DNA of 64,000 nt from Octopus vulgaris. Lineage: Eukaryota. Numbering within the stretch: the stretch's first letter is position 1; each line of letters opens with the position of its first letter. This document shows positions 39,601-53,737 of the stretch, one piece after another. The stretch covers positions 67,084,001-67,148,000 of the forward strand of contig OX597814.1 of assembly GCA_951406725.2 (NCBI GenBank). The letters run 5' to 3'. The notes under the pieces were generated by a model that saw only the letters and a program-made list of their open reading frames with translations, was not told where the DNA came from and did not search any database. Made by a program: the position numbers and the translations under genes.

Positions 39601-42104
39601 AAAGTATTTAGTTACATAATTATAATCTTCTGCTGAATATAAGGGAAGAAATACAAAGCAGAAAGTGAAGAAGCCCTTTTTTATAAGTACACCTCAAAAC
39701 AAGAACACAATTATATATCTTATCCATAATTGTTCAGTCTTCATTTTTCAATACTGTAAGCATTTTATTTTTTAATGATGTAAATAAATAAAATGTCTTT
39801 TGCATGTATACACAATTCATCTGAGATGCCTTTCATTCTATGATACAAAACCATCTGTTTTAAAAGGGTTTATACTCAAATTTAAGTTTTCCATCATCAG
39901 TGTAAGAAAACAGAATATGATAATGGAAAAATCATTGATTTTATTCAACTCTCAAAATTATCGAGTATTTTAAAAGTTAATTGAAATACACATGGTATAT
40001 TTCATTAGATTAGAAATATGGCCATGAAACAGTTAAATGACAAACAAACCATATCGCACGCATGTGTGTGTGTGTGGAGAGAGAGAGATTTGTTTTAGGA
40101 TCATTACTCTGAATGAAAAACTGGCACCGTATGACCTATGAGAATATTGTATGCACTTCCAAAAGACCAACTGATTGTTTCTTTTATTATCATTGGTATT
40201 TTTTGTTTGTTTTTCAGAAATGAGTTGAATGTTTCTCACAACTCAATGCAGTTCTTCACATAGGAAACAAAAGCAAGAGAGAAAAACTGGCCAACTCTGT
40301 TGTGTATATTATGTTACTTTTGACATGGTTTTTAGGATTGCATGCTCTAATGTCACCAACCACTTTATCATGTGAAATTCATGCATTTATATATTATTAC
40401 ATTCATCTACTTTTGTTTACATGTGCTCATTCATTGTTGGAATGTTATCTACATGCACCACATTTGATTATAAAATGAGAATATCCAGTATGCATGCATC
40501 CATCCATACATACATACAAATGCTGCCCTCCAATAATTCATGCAAATATCCAGATTTGAAGAAGAAAGATTGAAAGGAATTTTTTTTTTTTGATTTCATT
40601 CATTGGACTGTGGCCACCATCAAGAGTACAGCTGATTTAATCAAGCCCAGCACTTGTAGACTGGTACTTATTTTATTGATCCTCGAAAGACAAAGCTGAA
40701 TTTGAACTCAGGATGAAGGCAACATAACTGCACAAAGTATTTTGTCTGCTCTGTCACTCTACGAATTCTAAGAAACTACTCCTCATTATCTATAACAGTG
40801 TTGACCAAATTCAAAGTAAGAAACAATATATCTTTTCAATTATGTTGACTTATAAAAAGTATTTTGCAACTATGTTTATCAATGCACCACATTTGCACAC
40901 AAAAAATGAGAATATCCAGTATGCATGCATCCATCCATACATACATACATACATAGTATATCATATCAATTGGGGTTATTTAATATTTTAAATCACAGAA
41001 AATAATTCAGAAGGCAAACAAGATAATATAAAAAAGAGTTAGTTTCTCTAAATATATAGATCATTTATTTGTGTTACATGTCCATACCAACATAGTTGTC
41101 ATGTGTATGATTTGCAGTGTTTTCCCAGCCAGTGTAGAAATTTGATGAGTCATACAAATGAAATGTTATAGCGTTGTGTAAAGAAGACATAATAAAAAGG
41201 AGAACTTGCAAAACTTTGCTTTGGTTGATTTTGAAGCTTTAGTCATTGATTTATTGTTCATTCATGTTCTAGGGTTAATTCTGATCTTTACCTTAGATAA
41301 GTTGGAGCATCTTACTATGCTAGGTACTGGAAGGAGAATCCTGATTAACACCTTATACCACAGAAAATAATTAAAATAAATTTTCTTCTTGTTTACATTT
41401 ACTTTTAATGTTAAACTAATGATTAACCATTTGCATTAAAATTTTATGTCTTAATATAAATTGCAGGATTAGTAATGTGATGAAGAAAACACCATTTGGT
41501 ATTAGATTATATTGTGAGTTCAAATCTTGCCAAGATCTGTTTTGGTTTCATCCTTCATGAACAATGAAATTAACTTTATTCAGCATGTCTACAATCACAT
41601 TACTAAAACCAGTAAAAGATAAAACAAGTTGTCTCACAATCACTACCAAATCTGTACCATTTGTTTTGATTCCTGGTTGTTATTTCTCTTGTACTATAAA
41701 TGCCCTTGGGAAAAGTAGGATTAACAATCCCTGAATCTTTAGTTAATAAAGTTGAACACTCACGAAAGAATACCTCTGTTTATAAATACCAGGCAATCAC
41801 CTATCACACTAATACACAAAATATAAATTGTGTGTGTATGCATACATATCTATTTATCTTATATGTACATAAATGTGTATGTATATTTTACCTTACACAT
41901 GACAAGCTCAGAGGTGCATGATTTAGTGGTTAAGGGGATTCAGTTCATGATTATACAGCTGTGAGTTATGTCCTTGAGCAAGCCCCTTTATTTCACATCA
42001 CTGCAGTCCACTCACTGGTGAAAACGTGTTGTGCCTGTGTTCAAACAGTCAGCCTTGTCACATTCTATTTATGGAGTGGGAATGCTAAGCAGTGATGTTT
42101 ATAA

Positions 42105-42501
42105 ATGCAATATTATTACCAGTTCAAATACGCTTATATAGCATGTTCAAATCCATAAGCAAACCATTCATTGTGTTTTGTCATGAAGAAAATTTCTCAC
42201 TATAGACAAATGGTGAAAATATATCTAAATCAGCTTGCAGTGAGATGCTAGCATTTTGGAGTGGTTATCTTCATACAAAAAAAAAAAAAAAAAATGAACT
42301 GTTGTGAACTGCAAGCTGATAAGAGGAGATAACCACTCCAAAATACTAGCATCTCACAGTCTGAGTAGGTGGCGCTGTGAGCTGATTTAGATGTGTTTAC
42401 ACAATTTGTCTATAGTGAGAAGTTTTCTCCATGACAAAACAAAACAAAATGAATGGTTTGAACATGCCATAAGCATATTTGAACTAGAAATAACATTGCA
42501 T
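42105..42501. repeat. ~400-bp foldback inserted inside a SINE (41912-42625)
   Basis: Arms at about 42105-42270 and 42325-42501 are reverse complements; A-run in the loop; SINE sequence resumes at ctgagaactatgttaaagg. Confidence 0.85.
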
Positions 42502-43388
42502 CTGAGAACTATGTTAAAGGTATGTGTGTCTGTGGAGTGCTAGGCTACCTGCATGTTAATTTCATGAGCAGGCTATTCCATTGATCAACTGGAACCCTTG
42601 TTGTCGTAACTGATGGAGTGCCAGTTGGTTACACAAGTACACACACATATCTGGAATGCAGACGTGTTTGAATGGTTAAGAAGTTTCTTTCACAACCTGA
42701 ATTTGATACCACTGCTGGTATAGGGCAATTATCTTTACAATAGAGAGAAAATGTACAAGTCCAAACGGTGGATTGTATCTTTAATACTATCAACTGGTTA
42801 AGCTCCAAATTAATAAATACAGTAGAGTAATGAACAACATTTGGTGAGCAATGGAAGTAAAAAAGATTAATAGCCCTTCGAATGTGTTTTATTTGGAGAT
42901 GTATTAGAACTGCTACAAGTTGCTTGCCTCTGCCTTTTGAAGAAGTTTCAGGAAACAACAATCCAAAAATAAATAATAATCCTTTCTACAAAAATCACAA
43001 GGCCTGAAATTTTGGAGGAGGGGGTTAGTTGATTAAATTGACCTAGTGCTCAACTGGTACTTATTTTATTGACCCCAAAAGGATGAAAGGCAAAGTCGAC
43101 CTCAACAGAATACTAAAAAGAAAATAATAATGGCTTTAATTTTGGGTGCATGGCTAGCGATTTTAGTGGAGGAGAATGGTCAGTTACATTAACCCCAGTA
43201 CTCTTTATCCTACTGATACACACACACACATATATATAGAAAGAAATACAACTGACAAACTAACAATTCATTTACACTATAATATAAAAAACATAATACA
43301 ATACAACATAAATATTTTTAAAAACCATATGAAACCAACAATTTGTTTTGACTTATATACATTCATTGATTTATAAAAATTCCTATCG

Positions 43389-43969
43389 ATGTATACAAGT
43401 CTCTTCATGGCCCTGGTTCAAAAGACAGATGAAATTCTATGTAAAGAACTGTCAGATTGCAAAAATATACTGATAAACTAAGTAAATTGGGACTTTTTAT
43501 TTGTAGGTTACTTAGAATATTGTTTATATCAGTAACAATAAATAAATGTGAACAGTTATTATATATTATCACTATATATATTTTTTTGAGTAATCAACCA
43601 TATTTGAACGTGTACACGCATATATATTTATAAAATAAAAATATTGGATCAACATATTTTATTTCCATCTGTAAAACTACGTTAATCTCTGGTAATTTTT
43701 GATTATATTATATATTATATATTATTAAAATGGCCAGTGATTATTTTCGATTTAAATACTATATAAAAACTTTTTATGACCATTGTAAATTTTCTTTTCT
43801 TGATTATTTTATCCATCTGAATTTTGTTCTTTCATTGTACTTATTATGTATTTGAATTTTTTAATGCTCATGCTCCCAAACATAGGTATTTTGAATCAGT
43901 ATATTTTTGCAATCTGGCAGTCTTTTACATGAAATTTCGTCTGTCTTTTGAACGAAGACTTGTATACAT
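43389..43969. repeat. Inverted repeat (43389-43474 and 43895-43969) with a ~420-bp spacer
   Basis: atgtatacaagtct...ttcaaaagacagatgaaatt...cagattgcaaaaatatactgat and its reverse complement. Confidence 0.85.
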
Positions 43970-44708
43970 AGACTAGACTACCCATGACCCATTCGGTCAC
44001 AGGGAAAGTCTGAGTTTCCCAGCAATGGAATTTTGTTTCATGGGTTTTTTTTCTTTTCCAAGTTATTTTGTATGCTTTCTATGAATGTGACATTGAAGTC
44101 ATGCATAAGCGGCACCTTTCCCCAGAAAAGGAAAGGTTTGGCTGCTATTTCTTACATACCTTGCTACCACGTAGCAGGTATTTGGGGTCCTTTATCGCAA
44201 AAAGCAGTTGCTTGGTAGCAGGACATGCTAGAAATAGCAGCCAAATCTTTGAAAGTGAGATACGCTGAATGTACTTGAAAAAAACCTATACTCTTAATTG
44301 TTTCAGCCATTTCACTGCGGTCATGCTGGAGCATCGCCTTTAGTCGAGCAAATCGACCCCAGGACTTATTCTTTGGAACAGCGACCTGTTCACTCACAAA
44401 ACTTCATGCTGCATCTGAGAAAGTGACAGTTCATAATATATAGGTGTTTATGTATGTATATGTGTATGTATGTGTAAATGCGCATGCATATACACATATG
44501 TTTACATATTTTATTTCAAGATTTTTTGCCAATAGAGAAAGAACTGGTTTCTTACCTAGATCCAAGGCTCCTTCATTGAAATTCCAACATCAACAACACA
44601 TTAACAACAGGGTACTTTTGTTTGTATGTGTGTGTGTGTGCAGATTTGTATGTTTTATGTATGTATTCTCATGCATATACTTGCATATCTAGTCATGCTC
44701 ACATTCAT

Positions 44709-45004
44709 TTAAATGATAAACTTTTGCAAAGTTTTACAGATTTTTACAGTTCCAGTGATGGATTGGATCTGTAGTCTTTGAATTAGTTTTCTCCTTTCTG
44801 GTTTTGAGAAGCCTAATTTCTCAACATTGTTATATAGGCAGTGTGTTACATATTCCAGGACCCCAATAATTACAGGCTTAAACCTGAACTTGTAATCTGG
44901 ATAGAGTAACTGCAGATTTCTCAATAGTTCAGCATAGGTGTTCTCTTTTTCACTGATCTTCAGCTCTATGTTAACATCCACTGGGCAGCTAATTACCACA
45001 ACTG
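44709..45004 (-). mobile_element. REL-endonuclease LINE (R4-like) C-terminal fragment
   Basis: VVISCPVDVNI..KISEKENTYAELLRNLQLLYPDYKFRFKPVIIG. Confidence 0.75.
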
Positions 45005-45246
45005 TATGTATATGTGTGTGCGTGTGTGTGTATGTATGTATGTGAGCAGTTACATGTGTGTCAACATGTCTGTGTATGTGTATATGTATGTAAATGTATG
45101 TCTATGTACTGTTATATGTGTCTATTCAAGTTGTATATATAACTGTTACTCTTTGTATACATATATATGTTCTGAGTACACAATCTCAGATCAAGTCACT
45201 TGCTATGCAAGTACATCTCCGTGAATAGGAAGATTATCTCTATGAA

Positions 45247-45442
45247 ATCAGTAACAATAAATAAATGTGAACAGTTATTATATATTATCACTATATATAT
45301 TTTTTTGAGTAATCAACCATATTTGAACGTGTACACGCATATATATTTATAAAATAAAAATATTGGATCAACATATTTTATTTCCATCTGTAAAACTACG
45401 TTAATCTCTGGTAATTTTTGATTATATTATATATTATATATT
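45247..45442 (+). repeat. 196-bp apparently identical copy of 43528-43723
   Basis: Comparison by eye found no mismatches; offset is 1719 bp. Confidence 0.9.
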
Positions 45443-47900
45443 GCTTTAGTTGAAATGAAAATAAAATTTCGTATTGACACTGACCAGCCTTCACATACAT
45501 ATGGTGTGTTTAATAAAGTAGCTAACACGGAAAGACACACTGTGAGACATATACACACTCAAACACTCACAGACAGATATAGTCATATACAAAATGTGAT
45601 ATCATCGTCATCATGGTTAGAATTAAAAATAAAAGTATAAAAATGAAACGATATATCACATTACAATACAGATATTATTGTTTCACTTTTATTCTTTGAG
45701 TTTTGACATGTAATACGTAACCAGTACCAATGCTGCATTGTTTTAATCCAAAAAAATTACATGTTGACACTCACAGGGTCTGATAGTATAAATTTAATTT
45801 GATTTGGTTGAGCCATTTGAGAATGCATTGGGAACAGACAGAGAGACAAAGGATTTTATACATATATATATATATATATAAATATATATATATATATCAT
45901 ATTATAATATATATATGATTATAATATAATATATATTATATATTTTATATGCTTATATATATATTTTATATATATATATAATATATATATAAGGTAAGTA
46001 GAGTTAGCAGTTGGAATAACTGTCTAAGGGATAAGAATATCCGTTATTACTACCAGTATAAATTACCTATGTTAACCCTGGGTATGGATATGCAAGCATA
46101 CTATGCTCATAGGATACAGGTTATAACAAAATAAAACAAGAGCTTGTGAGGAATCAAATTTAAATTAAGCAGGAAATGGAGAAAATTTTTGATCAACAAA
46201 CAAATTGACTACCATCGGTTATTATTTTTTTTAATACAAAACTTGTAAGGTGGATCCATGTGGTGTATGTGGGAGGAGGGTAATGGCAAATGTGGTGTTG
46301 TGTATGTCATGTGAGAAATAGATTCATGGTAAATGTACGAAAACGAAGGTAACCCCAAGACTGGCAAGAGAGTTTATTTTTGGAAGATGTGAGAAAAGAG
46401 CTGGAGGGCTGCTGGAACCAGTGGAAACACAATGTGATGAGGTGGAAATGGTGAGAGGGTTTTGTTATTTGGGGGATAAGGCAGATGTGAAGCAATTTTA
46501 GCAAAACATATTAAACAACACTAATAATAAATCAAAAAACATAAAAATAAACAAGCTGTTGACAGTTTTATAGCTATTTCAAAATCATGATAATAATAAT
46601 AATAATGAAATTATTGTATACAGTGCTCAGGTGCACCACAACTTGTCAGATGATGCTATGATGCTAGGTGTTACCATTATTTTGTCCAACCCCTGTAGAT
46701 ATATATATATATACACAAATATATGTATGTATACATATATATACACACACACAAAAACAGTATTCAGTATTAATATTACATTAGTGAAGTTTCAGCTTCA
46801 ATTAAATTATATATATATATATATGTGCATGTACACATTTTAGGCTAATTATGTCAGACAGTTCTGTTATATGACTAGGTCAATGGCAACTAAACCAGTA
46901 CCCATCTATCAAATTAATCTGGTGAAGACGCTTGTTAAAAAAAAAAAAGAGTTAATACAATGTGTGGAAAACTCGATATACTTGATTGAGATGGTGAATA
47001 AAACATGTAAGATCACTTTAGGAGTGAATGATCTTTGATTCTTGTCAACATCTGTTCTGGAGTCAGGTAAACAGGGTTTCTTATCTGTAATAGAGCAACC
47101 CTTCTGCACTACCCTGATGCCTGATAGCTGAATTTAGGAAGACAATGTTTAGGTGTACACCATTGTCATTATTATTTTGATGTCCACTTTTTCATGAACA
47201 CGAGTCAAAATAAATTCACTGCAGCAGACTTTCTATGGTTGAGTATTCTTCATGTCATTTCCAAGCAAGGCAATGTCATCCCAGTGGCTGGACATGTTTT
47301 CACAGAAGATTTGAAATGAATTACACTGCTTATATAACGACATTCATTTACAACTAATATGTGATGTCTAGACAGGAAGACAGAAACACACACATACATA
47401 ATATGTAAGACTTTTATTGACATTGCAAGCTGGAGACACTTGCCTGAGGTGCAACACAATGGCACTGAACCTAAATCCATGTTTTTAGGAAACAAACTTA
47501 ACTACACAGCTATGCCACTCTATAACCATGCCTGCATCCTGAGAAGAATAAAGTGTGAATTAAATGTCAAAGTAGTTTCTAACATACTGGAATTCTGGTA
47601 GCTCTAACAGCTAAGGGAGGTACCAGTGATTTTGGGCCACCCTTGCCACTGGATGTATCTCCTTCACAACTAAGATACTAATGCTAACACAATGTGTACT
47701 ACCACAAAGCCAATATAAAGCTGCATCGGACAGCTACCGTCTTCTGCAACATATATCATGAATCTCTGAGTTGTCATTGCTATTGTAGTGATCAGGATAT
47801 CACAGACAATTGCAATAATGAAACACTACTACTTCCATACTTTCCTCACACAGTAGACATAGCACAGGCGGTAGAGTTTCAATTTTCCAATTATCTACAC

Positions 47901-48141
47901 CAGAGGTTCTCAATCAGTTCTTGCCTATGGCCTCCTTTGATTCTTATTTTACTTGGCTGGACTCTCATAGCCTTTTGATGCTTAAAAAAATCCCATCATA
48001 TTTTTATAATTAAATATTATTAGGAATTTTCAAAACAAAAAAAACTGTTAAAATAGTTTGTGTACCATAGAAGTATAACCAATTTATTGAACATAAATTT
48101 TAACAACAAAATCTTATATGGTCCCCAGTTGAGAACTACTA
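47901..48141. mobile_element. hAT (Charlie-like) MITE with 8-bp target-site duplication
   Basis: TIRs CAGAGGTTCTCAA / TTGAGAACTACTA; ATCTACAC at both 47893-47900 and 48142-48149. Confidence 0.88.
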
Positions 48142-51100
48142 ATCTACACAGATATATCTTGTCAGTTTTGCTATTGAAAAATTTGTGTAAACTAGTGACT
48201 GGTCCATTGAAACCTGTAACCAACAATGCTACTGTCCACACACTCTGATATAGATAAATATCTATTTTGCATCCTGGCATTAAACAGAAAGATCTGCAAT
48301 ACATAATTTCCAATTCCTCTCAATATTATACAATCTTAACTGCAAGAACCAACATAGTTGCCTAACATAGTTGCTATTTCTCAAGATTTCTCTAGCTTAT
48401 TTCTACTACCAATTTTTCTCCCAGCATGCATCATTTAGCTTATTCATATTAAAGTCAATGATGTCACTTAACCTGCCTGAAATCTCTTCAAAACATCCGA
48501 CTTGTTAAAGAAAAATGGAGTAAAAAACAATAGGGTTATCACAGCAGAAGTGCCTTTCATCAGAGTTCTATGTTAACAGGTCTGACCCAGGGCTAAACAA
48601 CAACAATACATACCTATGTTTCATTGCCATCCATCATCAGAAAAAAGAAAAAGAAAACAGCAAGTAAAATGTTTCCTGATATAGAGTCAGAATAAGAATG
48701 AGGAAAGAAGAAAAAGGAAAGAGCAGATCAAGAAAAAAATAAGAGATAAAGAAGACCAAAGAAAAAATGAAAGAGAAGAATGAAAAAAATAAAAACCGCA
48801 GGAGAGCAAATTCAGTCTTAAAAGAGAGTCGTAAGGTTAGGCAAAACTGGGTCTGTTTATCAAACATACAACTTTCCTTTGAACTCTTCTAGTACTTTTG
48901 AATGAGTGTATGTATGGAGAGTGTAATTTTGCTTTAAAATCATTTTAAAATTATTGGACAAGCTCAAGTATTTTCACAGCTGCAGTAACAGTAAAACAGA
49001 ATGTATCTATTCTGAAATGTTTATAACATTTTATGTGAAAAAAAAAACCCTTTTAAATTAGTTTGGATATAATGATCTAGTACATAGTTATGAATATTTA
49101 ACCTGTAATATGGAGAGGGAATGGAAAATTTGAAGCAATCACACCATTCTTAAAGCACTGGCATCTTCAGAGTAGGGATGAAAACTGGATTACAGGCTGC
49201 ATACAAAGAACTTACGATGATATCATAGAACTTGCCTTTCACTTAAAAGACTTGAGACGAAAGTTAATTTTTTTATTTTAAATTATACATTTTTAAATAC
49301 CTATTTTGATTTAAGACTGGTTCTATGGTTAGCCCTCTCTCCTAATACCAAACATTTAACTATAATGGAGGAGGGACATGCAATTTCATTTAGCAGGCTG
49401 AGAGAAAGAGAAATAATGTATGTTGTCTCAAGAAGTAGCAGTTTTGAACACATAACCTTGTGTTAGTAGGCTAGCATTTTAGACACTGTCACCAAGTTAC
49501 ACATAATATAAATAAATGTCTTTTAGAGCAAAGCAAAAATAAACAAAAAAATACTGGATTTGGAACATTTTCATACAACAAAAAATATACAGAAAACTAT
49601 AATGTAGTGCTAATTATTTTTATATCTAAATTATTAAATTACATTTTTTGTGATTTAGTTTTGTTTTATAAGATTATGTATTTTCGATTAGACCAGTTAA
49701 GATAGGTAACAGAAGCAACAAAGTGTTATTAAAGATGGATAGCAATTGGTTCAACAGTATATATTAGAATTTAGAAAATATAAAATGGACATCAAAATTA
49801 AATACTAAAATATCTATAGAATCAGAACAGATACTATGTTAAGACTGATGTAAAACAAAGTTAAGTTTACCAATCTACATTAAATTCGTAATAAAAATGA
49901 TGGTAATTGTTGTAATAATAATGATATTAACAGTTTCAACATACAAAATTTTGACAATAGCTGTCAAGTAACTAATTTTTATGGTAACAGACATAACTGT
50001 TATGGTAACAGTTAAAATCTGATGCATTCTGAAAGGTCAGGTTGGCCATATAGTAGACACCACTGCTCTTTCTTTATGGTTAAAATGTTACATAAGTCAC
50101 AATGAAGAAGCTGAATAGAACTTTAGAATATAAGTCTTTAAAGAAACATTTTCTTATGATTCCAGCTCAACACTTTTCCCTTGCTTGTGCTTTTTGACTC
50201 ATTTCACTTTTGGCAGTTCTACAAACATATACTACAGTCTTCAGTGAAAGGCAGAAAAAATCAGGATTCAAGTTAAAACTGAATACACCAGAGGAGACAT
50301 TTACACCAAACTGCTAATTGAGAACACCAATGTGACTTCTATCACAACTTTATTAATTTCAAAAGAAGCCTTTGGCTATATTTGCAATGTGAGATTTCAA
50401 CTTTGATAATAACTTATCCAAGAAACTCTCAAACAGTACAAGTTGCCTGAATAACAACATTGCAGTTAGCTTCAGGAGAACAACTGAAGTTCATAAAGAC
50501 TGTAATTTCTCTCAAGTACTTTTCAGCATCTGGAAAATCTTTCGTCCAAGGATAATATGGAGCCTTACATCTCCATTTCCATCAGAGGGTGGCCTCATAA
50601 AAATGCATTTTGTTGATGATGTCAACTGAATGGGAAGCAGCAAAACAGAACTCAAGAGTGGAATATGTGGAATGGGGATCGATTCAGAAAGGACAAGATG
50701 CCTATCAACAGCCACAGCCAGAATACTGTAACTGACAAATACTGAATGGATAAAATCTTCTTGGAGTGGTCAATCTTAAATGCTTTACATCTACTTTAAG
50801 CAAGCATAGCAGCTCAATAAAGAAGATAAATGCAAGATTTAACTTGTCTAAACAGATTATATGTAATAGCTTTCCCATCATTTTTTCCACAAAGCACAAG
50901 CTATGTACTCATTGGCTTTAATCTTTCTGTATGGGTAGGAAAGTTGAACACTTGCAGTTAATGCAAAACAAAGGATCCAGGTGTTCCAGCACAAGTGCTT
51001 CAGGAGGCTGCCAAGCAGATTGTAGACAGAATTTCTGCAGTCTTATCAGACAAAAAGTCAGCAAATAGGTTAACAAGCAGGAACACACCTTGTTATAGTG

Positions 51101-51437
51101 TCACAACTTCCCATCCAAAATCATTCTCCAGAGCAAAAATGCAGAAGGACAGGCAAATTCTCAGTGGCAACTGATGAGTACTGGATCATCTGGAGTAGCA
51201 CCCCAACAACAAACTGTGCCGGTAACAATAAGCTAATGATGGCAAATAGAACACAAATTATAGATAATATAGGCATCCAAAACATATCTGCATAACTGAT
51301 GAAGATTAATGCTTTAGTTACAAAACTGAACTTAGTCTTAGAAGTAACCAGCAATAAAACTAATGACTCTATTCTATTTAACATATTACCACACATATGA
51401 AAGAGAACAATTTCTTTTTTTATATTATGAATGTCTA

Positions 51438-52713
51438 TTAACATTTTTGTTACAAATCTACCAATAGATACCTGAAAAAATTTGGGTAACTGTTACTCAT
51501 AACTGCCCAAAGTGACCCTATTCGTATTTTAATGTGAATTTCAGTGCAAATCTTGTTAAAATATTCATGAAAACATATGATTGTACTATGTAAACAGTTA
51601 AGTTACACTGGCCAACATTTTACATGATATCTGAATGCTGCAAATTCTTGAAGATTTTTTCCCTCCACTTCCATTTTCAGAAATGTTTCACTATGGATGA
51701 AAACTGGATACCAGTTTTATTTTGTCAAGCAGTGAGTTTGAATTTGAGGTATTTTTGAAAGAAGACATAGAAAAATCTAAGAAAATATATGGCAAACATA
51801 AAAAGCATGTGTATGATTCTGAGTTGGATATTTCTATTTCCAAAAGCAAAACAATTCTAACAACAGTTTCAATAGTGATAAAAAGAAGTGAATTTGCATC
51901 TGAATATAGTAAGAATTTTTTTGTTAAATTTTTTTTAAATTGTTTCTTTTTAGGAAGAAATTAGATCTAGCCATTGTCTTTCCAAGAAAATGAAACCCGT
52001 AGAATATTTTTTTCACTTTTTCCTTTGAAGCAGTTACTGCAGAAACAAATCATTATGCAGGACATAGACACAGAGGAAAAAGAAAATTTGAGGTTTCCCC
52101 CATACTTGGAAGAAAGTCAAAAATCCGAGTATCTTTAGAAATATTAATTTCCAATTTTCTTTTTTCAAATTTTCCTCATTTTTATTTATTATTTCCCTGT
52201 AAATTAAGATATGACAAGTTTGGATTAATTTGTATTGTGAACCATTATTATAGGTGTTTCAGTGTATTAATGCATGTGTGTGAGTTTATTTCATTTAGTT
52301 GATGGCATGTATTTCATTTCCTAATTTTCTTCAAAAACAAATTCCAGGATTTTGTTCTGCTTCACCAATATAGTAAAGCTGTCTTATGAGCATTAAGTTC
52401 AACTGATAGATAATCCAGTAATTTTCACAAGTCTTCTATATTGAAATTTTGTTGTATGCTCATTGGATATTAGCGAATAACTCATTTTTTATGTTGAGGT
52501 TTACACAAAATTTAAATAATTTTATATTTTGTAGTATTCATCTGTAATTAGATTTGCTTAAGTACCTTTTGTTAAATGGTGTTCGAAAAATCACAGTGAT
52601 ATGTTGATTAATGAAAAAAAGTTGTTTTGTGATACCAGTCTAAATTCATGATTATTTTAGAATTTAATTTAAGCACTTTTTTTTTGGTTAGCAAATAGTA
52701 ACGAAAAGATTAA
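51438..52713 (+). mobile_element. Older piggyBac deletion derivative related to 13846-15735
   Basis: TTAACATTTTTGTTAC...GTAACGAAAAGATTAA; acidic N-terminal remnant and FEAVTAETNHYA at about 52025-52060; subterminal taaattcatgattattttagaatttaatt shared with about 15655. Confidence 0.78.
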
Positions 52714-53281
52714 AGATGTATTGCACACAAAGAAGTGTACATATTAAAACTCAAATAGCATTTTAAAAAAACTAAAATTTTATAAACATGACAACTTAAT
52801 ATACTTTAAATGCTAAGATACAAAAATTAAAAAAATTAGAAATTGTACTTTTATGATTTTAACCTCATCAAATTCTAATAGTTCAAATACTCAATTTGAA
52901 CACAACAAAACTGACATATCTATCATGTATGTAAAAATAATAATTATTGTTATAATGCTAAGTAAATAGGCTAACAGAACATATCTAACAAAAAGAAATT
53001 GCTAGGAAATATAAAGAAATACATTTTGCTTGTATGGATTGTGAGGTATAGTTGACAGATTTTGAGTTTAGAGTTACTAGGTTTGATCAGACAAGGAAAA
53101 AGGAAGCAACTTTATTTCACAACATGCTTATGATCATTATATACCATCAGAATATAAGAGTTTTCAAAATATCCAAGTTTCACTGATCCAAAAAAGAATT
53201 GCTACAGACCATTATTTATGATTGTATCTGTTTTGAGGTCATATATATATATGAGTTACAGAAAGGAGTAGATAAGCTCTG

Positions 53282-53362
53282 GGCTACATGTTTCATAGCG
53301 AGCAGAACCTCAGAAGTGTAGATATCAAAGTGAGGTGTATACCACAAGTTATTCTTCAGGCC
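53282..53362 (-). ncRNA. Type I hammerhead motif (left arm of inverted pair 53253-53766)
   Basis: Minus strand ggc-CUGAAGA-AUA...UAU-GAAAC-AU-GUA-gcc; core intact, stem I GGC/GCC, stem III is the palindrome UACAUGU/ACAUGU-type minimal form. Confidence 0.7.
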
Positions 53363-53432
53363 AAGAATCTTCCATGCATTAACATGTACCTCCTTGCAAC
53401 AATGTAAACTTTCATTTAATCGAGATATCCTT

Positions 53433-53737
53433 GGCCTGAAGAGTAGTCTGCGGTATACACCTTGCTTGGATATTTACTACTTCTGAGGTTCCGCTCGCTA
53501 TGAAATATATGCAGCGGCAAGCTGGCAGAATCGTTAGCACACTGAGTGAAATGTTTAGTGGTATTTCATCTGCCGTTATGCTCCGAGTTCAAATTCCGTT
53601 GAGGTCGACTTCACCTTTCATGGTTGATTAAAAAGTACCAGTTAAGCACTGGGGTCGATGTAATCAACTTAATCGCTTTGTTTGTCCCCTCTATATTTAG
53701 CCCCCTGTGGGCAATGAAGAAATAAATATATGTAGCC
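53433..53737 (+). ncRNA. Plus-strand hammerhead copy split by a SINE
   Basis: ggc-CTGAAGA(53436-53442)-GTAG...CTAT-GAAAT-ATAT-G|SINE|TA-gcc. Confidence 0.65.
53512..53723 (+). mobile_element. tRNA-derived SINE with 9-bp target-site duplication
   Basis: GGCAAGCTGGCAGAATCGTTAGC...GAGTTCAAATTCC; AAATATATG at 53503-53511 and 53724-53732. Confidence 0.88.

Noticed and set aside
45990-46250. (TA)n-adjacent segment resembling another Penelope-like terminus
   Set aside because: No recognisable CUGANGA/GAAA core or coding remnant supports the call.
50512-50600. RPPSDGNGD peptide resembling the CSN1 SPPREG tail
   Set aside because: The nearest AG acceptor gives GCC ACC CTC TGA in phase 0, which is out of frame with the upstream exon.
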